In this document: positions 8,322 through 15,312 of the stretch, piece after piece
How positions within the stretch are numbered: the first letter of the stretch is position 1
How the letters are laid out: every line of letters begins with the position of its first letter
DNA from: Candidatus Bathyarchaeum sp.
GTDB taxonomy: Archaea; Thermoproteota; Bathyarchaeia; Bathyarchaeales; Bathyarchaeaceae
DNA length: 18,402 nt
Direction: 5' to 3'
NCBI GenBank assembly: GCA_026014495.1
Contig: JAOZIF010000100.1
Location: 1-18,402, forward strand
Program-made: the position numbers and the translations under genes
The notes under the pieces: generated by a model
What the model was told of the DNA's origin: nothing
Database searches by the model: none
Seen by the model: the letters and a program-made list of their open reading frames with translations, nothing else

Positions 8322-9665
8322 TTGTCTGGCTATCCTAAGATGGTTGTTCGTCCTCCGGGTCCAAAAGCTAGAGAGCTAGCTAAACGAGATTCAGATGCAC
8401 TTTCCCCATCATTTACTCGTTATTATCCTCTTGTGATTGATTCTGGGCACGACTGTATAGTAAAAGATGTAGATGGAAACGAGTACATCGACTTTAATTC
8501 TGGTTTAGCCTGCCTAAACGTGGGACACACCCACCCCAAAGTAGTCAAGGCAATAAAAGGTCAATGCGACAAGTTTCTTCATTACTCTAACACCGACTTT
8601 TATTATGAACAAACCGTGAATCTGGCGGAGAAGCTGTTTGAAATAACCCCTGGTGCCTTCCAAAAAAAGGTGCACTTTGGAAACAGCGGAGCAGAAGCAA
8701 TAGAAACAGCCATCAAACTTTCCAAGTGGCACACCCGCAAACACCAGTTTATCGCATTTGTCGGCGCCTTTCACGGCAGAACATGCGGCGCCACATCTCT
8801 TACCGCAAGCAAAACAACCCAAAAACGACACTACTTTCCGTTGCTTCCGGGGATAACACATGTGCCTTATCCATACTGTTACCGTTGCCCCTTCAGTTTA
8901 TCCTACCCTGAATGCAACTACCATTGCATAGACTTCATAGATGACCAAGTTTTACAAAAGTATGTGCCTCCCGAAGAGGTTGCAGGCTTTGTTTTTGAGC
9001 CTATCCAAGGAGAAGGCGGATATGTGGTTCCGCCTCCTGACTATTTCCAGCGGCTCAAGAAGCTGGCTGACAAGTATGGGCTACTTATGATTGCTGATGA
9101 GGTTCAATCGGGGATTGGGCGGACTGGGCGCTGGTTTGCTATTGAACACTGGAAGACTGAGCCTGACATTATTTGTTCTGCTAAGTCTATTGCGTCTGGC
9201 TTGCCTTTGAGTGCAACTGTGGCTCGGGCGCGGCTGATGGATTGGGAAGCTGGTACACACGCTAGTACCTTTGGAGGTAATCCGTTAGCCTGTGTTGCGG
9301 CTTTGAGTTTTATTGACGTGATTAAGGAGCAAAAGCTTCTTGAAAATGCTGAGAAGCAGGGCGGGTATATCATGAACTGGCTGCAGGACGTTAAGGAAGA
9401 ACGAGAAATCGTGGGTGATGTTCGGGGCAAAGGGCTGATGATTGGTGTTGAGTTTGTAGAGGATAAGCAGACCAAGAAGTCGGGAGTGGATCAGGCTAGA
9501 GAAGTGATGATTCGTTGCTGGAGGCGTGGGGTGGCGATTGTAACTTGTGGTGTTTCAACTCTTAGGTTGGTTCCGCCGTTAACTATAACGCGAGAACTGG
9601 TGGATGCCAGCTTAGAAATAATTGGAGACGTTATCAAAGATGTTGACGAAGAGTCTTCTGCCTAA
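8322..9665 (+). CDS. Class III PLP-dependent aminotransferase (acetylornithine/4-aminobutyrate aminotransferase family); substrate unresolved
   Basis: DVDGNEYIDF, NSGAEAIE, AFHGRT, EPIQGEGG, DEVQSGIGRTG, PDI...AKSIASG (PLP lysine), HASTFGGNP and RGKGLMIG. Confidence 0.9.
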   Translation: MSGYPKMVVRPPGPKARELAKRDSDALSPSFTRYYPLVIDSGHDCIVKDVDGNEYIDFNSGLACLNVGHTHPKVVKAIKGQCDKFLHYSNTDFYYEQTVNLAEKLFEITPGAFQKKVHFGNSGAEAIETAIKLSKWHTRKHQFIAFVGAFHGRTCGATSLTASKTTQKRHYFPLLPGITHVPYPYCYRCPFSLSYPECNYHCIDFIDDQVLQKYVPPEEVAGFVFEPIQGEGGYVVPPPDYFQRLKKLADKYGLLMIADEVQSGIGRTGRWFAIEHWKTEPDIICSAKSIASGLPLSATVARARLMDWEAGTHASTFGGNPLACVAALSFIDVIKEQKLLENAEKQGGYIMNWLQDVKEEREIVGDVRGKGLMIGVEFVEDKQTKKSGVDQAREVMIRCWRRGVAIVTCGVSTLRLVPPLTITRELVDASLEIIGDVIKDVDEESSA

Positions 9666-9667
9666 AC

Positions 9668-10483
9668 CTACTTTTCTGGTTCTGCTAGAACCTCTATGAT
9701 TGTAGAGTAACGCGAAGAAAGCTCAATGCTGTCTTGGTATCCTTTTTTTGCGTAAATGTTTTTCATTTTTATTTGCGTTCCCACAGTCAAGTCTTTCATA
9801 GTTTCTGCGAGTTTTCTCCAAGCTGAAACCTTGAGTTTTCCTGTTTCATCGCTTAGCTGAAACGAAGCAACCCACACTTTTTCGTTTCGTGATGTAGTGA
9901 CCTCCCTAACATCTGGAGTGGTTATGATTGTTCCCTCAACTGTTACAGGTCCGCCCGCTTCCTTTATGTCAGCCAGCTTTTTTGTTTCTTTGGTGAGAAT
10001 TTTGATGTTTGCTTTATCTCCTAGGTGCAGTTCTGGCTTTCCATCAAGTCCCTCTCGCACATATCCATGAGAAATCCTGACGGTCTGCTCTCGTTGAATA
10101 TTTCCGCTCTCAATCAAGTCTACTTTCGCATCCCACAAAACAACCCTTAATGTTCCGCTTTTATCTGAAATAATTATGCTGGCTAGTTTTCCTTCTGTCC
10201 AGTCTTTGCGTTTGAATGTTTTAGGGGGATAAACAGATACAACTTGCCCTGTTACTGTTGCATCGTTTACTCCAGAAACAAGGTCTTGGATTTGAATTTT
10301 AAGGTGAAGCGGCTTTTTGACGATTTTTACGCCCAGTTCTGAAGCTGAAATGCGTGCTGCAGTTTCATCGGTTAGAAAATCTCCTGCTTCCCTTTTTTTG
10401 TTTTCAATCATTTCCATGATTTGTTTGCGATTAAGGTCAGAGTGGGACATCAGAATTTGGTTAACTATTTCCTCTAAACCCAT
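9668..10483 (-). CDS. rpa: Replication protein A / OB-fold ssDNA-binding protein
   Basis: N-terminal helical segment, then two OB folds (GQVVSV...SDKSGTLRVVLWD; VEGTI...SDETGKLKVSAW). Confidence 0.82.
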   Translation of the reverse strand: MGLEEIVNQILMSHSDLNRKQIMEMIENKKREAGDFLTDETAARISASELGVKIVKKPLHLKIQIQDLVSGVNDATVTGQVVSVYPPKTFKRKDWTEGKLASIIISDKSGTLRVVLWDAKVDLIESGNIQREQTVRISHGYVREGLDGKPELHLGDKANIKILTKETKKLADIKEAGGPVTVEGTIITTPDVREVTTSRNEKVWVASFQLSDETGKLKVSAWRKLAETMKDLTVGTQIKMKNIYAKKGYQDSIELSSRYSTIIEVLAEPEK

Positions 10484-10510
10484 GTTGTTTCACTGAATCA
10501 ATTATTTAGG

Positions 10511-10577
10511 TTCCTGTTTGTGGCTAGAGCATGTTATGCTGCATATTGCCTTATGCACTGTATTCCTATTTGTGGCT
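10511..10577. promoter_or_regulatory. Paired 15-bp direct repeats directly upstream of a TATA-like box for rpa
   Basis: TTCCTGTTTGTGGCT (10511-10525) and TTCCTATTTGTGGCT (10563-10577), 14/15 identical, 52 nt apart; minus-strand TAAATAAT at 10508-10501. Confidence 0.4.
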
Positions 10578-10658
10578 GATTATATGCTCTGCTGTTTTGA
10601 TTGATGTTTGGTTTAATCTTGTTTATTGTGCCAAAAAAAGGGCACCGTAAAAAATGGG

Positions 10659-10784
10659 CTAGTCTTCTATTTCTTCGGTTTCTTCTTTGCCATAAACCAT
10701 GTATAAGAAGCCTAGAACCAATGCTATGAAAATCAAAACTGATAAACCGACAAGTATCCACGCGAAGTATCCGTCTACAGTCAT
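10659..10784 (-). CDS. 41-aa single-pass membrane microprotein
   Basis: Not in the ORF track: MTVDGYFAWILVGLSVLIFIALVLGFLYMVYGKEETEEIED*. GAAGGAGAG SD 7 nt upstream, one clean TM helix, acidic tail, followed by T tracts. Confidence 0.65.
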   Translation of the reverse strand: MTVDGYFAWILVGLSVLIFIALVLGFLYMVYGKEETEEIED

Positions 10785-10824
10785 TTGCTAACTCTCCTTC
10801 GTGTAATATTTGAATGAGCTATAT

Positions 10825-11235
10825 TTAAGCTGTAACCTTCTTCCACTCTTCCATGAGGCAGTCGTAGAGCCTATCTTCTTCTTCAATGTTATCGTACAGC
10901 TCAAAGGCTTGTGCTATTTTTTGAGCAATAAGATGATAACAAATGTTTGCTTCCCTATCCATTACTCGAAAATAGAAATCGTCACAGGAACAAAAACCTG
11001 CCTCTGGCATAATCTGGTATTCGCGTTCTCTGCCCACAACAATCCAGACAATTCTTTTGCTGGGACTAAAAACGTACTTTTTAACCCTCTTTTCTTGTAT
11101 GGTGTCCCATGCTTTAGTAAACCGTGAACCAAGCGCCTCTGAAAGCTGGGCTAGGTTGTCCTTTGTTATTTTGCCCTTTATTTTTGCTTCTTCACAAACT
11201 TTCTCAAGTACCTTAATTTCTTTGGGCGATTTCAT
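10825..11235 (-). CDS. SWIM zinc-finger domain protein
   Basis: C-S-C-D-D-F...C-Y-H SWIM signature (CxCx(n)CxH). Confidence 0.8.
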   Translation of the reverse strand: MKSPKEIKVLEKVCEEAKIKGKITKDNLAQLSEALGSRFTKAWDTIQEKRVKKYVFSPSKRIVWIVVGREREYQIMPEAGFCSCDDFYFRVMDREANICYHLIAQKIAQAFELYDNIEEEDRLYDCLMEEWKKVTA

Positions 11236-11292
11236 AAGCTGTCCCTTGAACCTGTTATTGACTTAGTGGAACTGTTAGCGCTTCAGCGAATT

Positions 11293-11916
11293 TTATTCGA
11301 TTTTTATTTGTTCTCCACTGGGTTTTTTCTCTTCGATTTTGGGTAATGTAACCTCTAGCACACCATTCTTGTATGCAGATTTAGCTTTCTTTGGGTCAAT
11401 TTTTGCTGGAATATCTATTTCTTTGAAGTATTTGCGTTCAGAAGTGTCAACAGAAATCGTTAACTTGTCTTCTGTTCCAGACAGCTTGATTTCTTCTTTT
11501 TCAACTCCCGGTAATTCCACTATAACCTTTATTTCTCCATCTGCGTCGACAATGTCTACGAGTGGTTCTCGTTCTTGCTTTACATCAATGCAGGGCTGGT
11601 TTATTCCACACGATTCGGGCTCACTTGAAGGTTTGACATTGCCAAATTCTCTTATTTTTGGTTTCCCGTCTGGTCCAACGGTCATGCTGTAGCCATACAC
11701 AAAAGGACCCCACTCTGGTACTGTTGAGCCGTCAGGAAGTTTTCGTTCACGCTTCAAGTCTTCTGGTATGCGTGTTCTAAATCGCTCAAAGTCTCTTTCC
11801 ATCATTTCTTCCATTTCTTTCATCATGTCTTCGATGTCTCCGAAGAACCAGTTTCCAAAAAATGGGTTGCGTTTCTTTCTTTTTTTAAACCATTCTGGCA
11901 TTTCGTCCCCTGACAT
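11293..11916 (-). CDS. hsp20: Archaeal small heat-shock protein (Hsp20/alpha-crystallin family)
   Basis: GPFVYGYSMTVGPDGKPKIREFGN, EREPLVDI, ELPGVEKEEI and AYKNGVLEVTL; GGTGA SD. Confidence 0.92.
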   Translation of the reverse strand: MSGDEMPEWFKKRKKRNPFFGNWFFGDIEDMMKEMEEMMERDFERFRTRIPEDLKRERKLPDGSTVPEWGPFVYGYSMTVGPDGKPKIREFGNVKPSSEPESCGINQPCIDVKQEREPLVDIVDADGEIKVIVELPGVEKEEIKLSGTEDKLTISVDTSERKYFKEIDIPAKIDPKKAKSAYKNGVLEVTLPKIEEKKPSGEQIKIE

Positions 11917-11992
11917 TGGCTTTCACCCTTGTAATTACGTACGTTATGGCGTTCATTAAACTTTTCTGAGCTAATTTTTTATGCTCTACCTT

Positions 11993-12823
11993 TTAGCTTA
12001 GTGCTTTTAGCTGGTCAACTGTTCCCAGAAATGTGCCGTCCAACAGATATACTTCTGCATCGTCTATGTTTGTGCATCCTGAGCGCAATATTGGACCAAT
12101 ATATGTATCAGGCTTCTTTCTTCCTCGTTTTCTTTCATTGATTGCCCGTCCTCCAAGGAACTGATTAAATGACGGCATTATGAACAGTTGCGAAACATTA
12201 GATTTGAATGCTCTAGACGTGTCTGCCTCAGTTTTTGTGCCTAAGCGGCTAAGAATCGCTTTAGCTAAAATTTCTCCGTTGCATGGTGCTTTAACAAAGA
12301 CCTGTTTTGTTATCCGTAAGCCCATGGGGTCGTGGATTGCTACTGTAGGATGGACGTGTCCTGTGACTAAGCTTTTGCATCCTAGTAGTTTTGGTGCTGG
12401 CCATGCGTGTCCATGGAATAGTCCGACGTCTCCGAAGATGGCGCCTGTTGGGGGTACAATTTTCACTGTTTTTGGGAGGAGTGATTCAAGGTTTCCGTCG
12501 TGGTTTCCTAAAATGGCTTCTGTGTTTGGGACTTGTTTGTTTATTTCTTCGAAGAATTCTGGGATTTCTTTCCATTCTTGCATTGACACGTTGGTTATGG
12601 CGTCTTTTATGTCTCCTAGAATAATCATGTGTGTGGGTTTTGTTTGTTTGATTAATTTGAGCAGCGCATTTTTGATTTTTGGAGTTTGGGATGGAACGTG
12701 TACTCCTTTTTTGGTTAGGAGTCTTTCCCAGCCTAGGTGAAGGTCGCAGACAACTAGACCTCGGTCACTGTTTTGCTGTAGTAACAGGGCTGGATGTGGT
12801 TGCACAAGCTGTATTTTTGTCAA
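11993..12823 (-). CDS. Archaeal calcineurin-like metallophosphoesterase (ICC-like/SbcD-related)
   Basis: DLHLG, LGD, GNHD, HGH, GHVHP and PSFN motifs. Confidence 0.85.
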   Translation of the reverse strand: MTKIQLVQPHPALLLQQNSDRGLVVCDLHLGWERLLTKKGVHVPSQTPKIKNALLKLIKQTKPTHMIILGDIKDAITNVSMQEWKEIPEFFEEINKQVPNTEAILGNHDGNLESLLPKTVKIVPPTGAIFGDVGLFHGHAWPAPKLLGCKSLVTGHVHPTVAIHDPMGLRITKQVFVKAPCNGEILAKAILSRLGTKTEADTSRAFKSNVSQLFIMPSFNQFLGGRAINERKRGRKKPDTYIGPILRSGCTNIDDAEVYLLDGTFLGTVDQLKALS

Positions 12824-12880
12824 GGTTTCACAGTTTATTTTGTGTTTTTGTCTGTTAAAAACTGGACTGCTAACCGTTGT

Positions 12881-13699
12881 TTAGTTGTTTAGGGTGTTTT
12901 TGATTGCTTTGTAGAGTTTGTTGTTTGAGGCTGCGATGAATGAGAGTCTTTGTGTTGCTTCTAATGGAACGTTTAGTTCTTTTCCTTCTGGCGTAACAAT
13001 GATTCCGCCTGCTTCGCGGAGTATTAGATATGATGCGACCATGTCTGTTACTCGCAGTTTTCCTCTAAGGTCAATGAATGCATCTGTGGAGCCGTCTGCG
13101 ACGTAGCAGATTTCTTGGGCGTTGGCGCCGAAATGTCGGAAATGTTTTCCAGCCTTGAACAGGTTTCCTAGTTTGTTTACGATGTCTTCTAGTTTGATTG
13201 TGTTTAAGTCAACACCAATCAGGGCATCTTCTATGTTAGCTGTCTTTGATGGTTCAATTCTTTTTCCATTCCGGAATGCTCCGCCGTTCTTTTGGGCTGT
13301 GTATGTTATGTCGTGAACGATGTCGGATACAATTGCTGTTTCCACATCTTTGAGCCAAGGAGTTTTCGATACTGCTATCACGTTTGCGCTAAATGGCAAC
13401 CCACGCACAGCATTGGTTGTGCCATCCACAGGGTCTGTTATAACATAATGTTCAGAGGGACCTAAGCCAATCTTTTTTGTTCCTGCCTCTTCGCTAACTA
13501 ATGTGCATGATATTTCGTGCTTGCCTAGGCAGTCTATCAGCGCTTTTTCTGCAGCCAAATCAATTCGTTTTGATGTGTCCCCGCCTGCGCCAACACCAAA
13601 GCCAACTGCAGCTTTTGGTGACCCATAATACCTGAGTGCTGCTTTTCTCATCTTTTGTGCGCATTCTTGCAGTATATCCATCCAGTTCATTGCGTTCAC
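12881..13699 (-). CDS. suhB: Inositol monophosphatase / fructose-1,6-bisphosphatase family
   Basis: GAGGD...ID..AE, VSEE, DPVDGTTN, R-x-F-G and RVTD motifs. Alternative ATG start at 13690. Confidence 0.85.
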   Translation of the reverse strand: MNAMNWMDILQECAQKMRKAALRYYGSPKAAVGFGVGAGGDTSKRIDLAAEKALIDCLGKHEISCTLVSEEAGTKKIGLGPSEHYVITDPVDGTTNAVRGLPFSANVIAVSKTPWLKDVETAIVSDIVHDITYTAQKNGGAFRNGKRIEPSKTANIEDALIGVDLNTIKLEDIVNKLGNLFKAGKHFRHFGANAQEICYVADGSTDAFIDLRGKLRVTDMVASYLILREAGGIIVTPEGKELNVPLEATQRLSFIAASNNKLYKAIKNTLNN

Positions 13700-13796
13700 G
13701 TCATAGTTTTGTTTAGGAGAGGTGCTTCTTTAACTTTTTAATTTTCAGCTAAGCGAAAAGACACTTAAGGAAGATTTGATTTTTTGAAACAAAGGA

Positions 13797-13884
13797 GCGG
13801 GGGTCGCCGAGCCAGGTCAAAGGCGCAGGCTTCAGGAGCCTGTCCCGTAGGGGTTCGTGGGTTCGAATCCCACCCCCCGCACCA
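13797..13884 (+). tRNA. tRNA-Leu(CAG), intronless, CCA encoded
   Basis: GCGGGGG/CCCCCGC acceptor stem; anticodon arm CAGGC-TTCAGGA-GCCTG (CAG at 13833-13835); long variable arm; GTGGG-TTCGAAT-CCCAC T arm; ACCA end. Confidence 0.97.
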
Positions 13885-13885
13885 T
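13865..13885 (+). repeat. attL-like copy of the 21-bp direct repeat (tRNA 3' end)
   Basis: GAATCCCACCCCCCGCACCAT, identical to 18348-18368. Confidence 0.92.
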
Positions 13886-13899
13886 TTTACTAGTAAATT
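13885..13899. repeat. Left inner-end palindromic motif
   Basis: TTTTACTAGTAAATT, containing the perfect palindrome TTTACTAGTAAA; 14/15 identical to 18326-18340. Confidence 0.6.
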
Positions 13900-13937
13900 A
13901 TGAAATAGGTTCCAGTCTTCTTATTACTTGATTTGGA

Positions 13938-14050
13938 ATGCCAAAACCAAACAAAGGCAAGACAAATACTGTCAAAGAGCAATTTACGTGTAATTTCCCT
14001 CAGAAACGATGGCTGAAGCCTAGAAAAATAAAACGAAAACTGAACTTTTT
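13938..14050 (+). pseudogene. Probable decayed small DNA-binding (ribbon-helix-helix-like) gene
   Basis: ATG 13938 gives MPKPNKGKTNTVKE; a -1 frame continues AIYV*FPSETMAEA*KNK. It resembles, from memory only, archaeal T-x-K-E-R-A-I-Y-V-Y-L-P-S...W-K proteins. Needs one frameshift and two stops. Confidence 0.4.
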
Positions 14051-14304
14051 ATGAAAAGGTGTGTTTATTACACTGTGAAGCCATATATACATTTAATTTG
14101 CGAAAAACTACACTGTATATAAAATTAATTTTTACCCCCCTCCATTTATGCGCCGTACATGTTCGAGTAGACCACTTAGTCCTCAAGGACCCCGAGAAAA
14201 ATGGAACCATCCCAACATGTTCAGCTTGCGTTAAACTTGTTCCAGTGTTACGGGCACTTCCAAAAAAGAACAAAATATTTATAATAAGTTGAAGTTAACT
14301 TTCT

Positions 14305-15096
14305 TTATTGGTTTTTGTATTCTAGTGCTTGTTTCCAGATTTTTTCAAAATAATCTCGAAATACGGTTACGAAACAAGGATTGTTTGTCCATATGCTACA
14401 TGGGAATGTTTTGTTTTTTATGGTTTCACAACAAGCAAGAACCGCCTTGTCATCATGGATTCCTAATTCAACTCTAAGGGGATAGCGAACATATTTTAAT
14501 TTGAGATTTGGCGATCTTAGAGCTTGCAAGATTTTCGGAGCTTTCAGTTCCCTTTCCAGCTCTTCGTTAATTATTCGAATTTTTACGCCACGTTCAAGCG
14601 CTTTCATAAATGTTTCATACATGTCAAATGCGGCAATTGTCGCCCCTATCCGAGACGCAATAATGTCAACTGTTGATGTATTGTTGTCTAAAACTTTTTT
14701 CGCTTTTCTAACAAATGCGCTTTCAGGTACCATTATGAAGTTTGTTTCATCTTTCAAAAGTGACTCGTTATTAGTGAATCTGTTTTTGTTGAGAACTGAT
14801 TTTATTTTTGTTTGCAATTCTAAGTTTTTTTGTTTGCTTTTTTCCAGCAAAAACTGTAATCCTTCTTGAATTGGGGCTGCTTTAAAGCGGTTTGGGGTGC
14901 CTATTATTTTTTCAACTAACCCTTTTTTGCAAAGGGTAGTTAATAATCTATAACTGTCTGATCGTGCAACATGCGCCATCTGTGAGATCTCTTTTGCAGA
15001 AGCCTCGCCTAATTTAACAAGAGCGCAGTAAACCTTTGCTTCACAATAATTAAGCCCCAAAGCTTCTATTAATTGTATTATTTCATCATCAATCAA
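14305..15096 (-). CDS. TrmB-family transcriptional regulator
   Basis: N-terminal wHTH (LGLNYCEAKVYCALVKLGEASAKEISQMAHVARSDSYRLL...KGLVEKI.GTP.RF), coiled linker, and PLD-like effector domain (ALERGVKIRII, IHDDKAVL, WTNNP.FV.VF..YFE.IW). Confidence 0.88.
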   Translation of the reverse strand: MIDDEIIQLIEALGLNYCEAKVYCALVKLGEASAKEISQMAHVARSDSYRLLTTLCKKGLVEKIIGTPNRFKAAPIQEGLQFLLEKSKQKNLELQTKIKSVLNKNRFTNNESLLKDETNFIMVPESAFVRKAKKVLDNNTSTVDIIASRIGATIAAFDMYETFMKALERGVKIRIINEELERELKAPKILQALRSPNLKLKYVRYPLRVELGIHDDKAVLACCETIKNKTFPCSIWTNNPCFVTVFRDYFEKIWKQALEYKNQ

Positions 15097-15130
15097 CTTT
15101 CTACACGCTTTCCAACAGCTCTTTTCAACC

Positions 15131-15163
15131 TCGAACTTTTGTTACATGTGTTTACAGTTCGAT
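15131..15163. promoter_or_regulatory. Inverted repeat in the divergent trmB / beta-propeller intergenic region, candidate operator
   Basis: TCGAACT-N19-AGTTCGA. Confidence 0.3.
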
Positions 15164-15312
15164 TGTTTTGTTGTCAGTTGTATTTCTATACACTCTTTTT
15201 GTAATCTGAATTTAATTCTTTGTTAGTTGTTAATCAACTTACTAAGTGTTATTAGCTGAATCTTGGACAATGATTCCTCATTAAATCTATAAAAATGGAG
15301 AAAAAATAAAAA

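Noticed and set aside
10534-10761. 75-aa minus-strand ORF from the track
   Set aside because: It overlaps the better-supported 41-aa TM ORF in another frame and runs through the terminator and the rpa promoter.
11930-11965. Palindrome ACGTACGT upstream of hsp20 as a heat-shock operator
   Set aside because: Too short, and I cannot match it to a known archaeal heat-shock regulator site.
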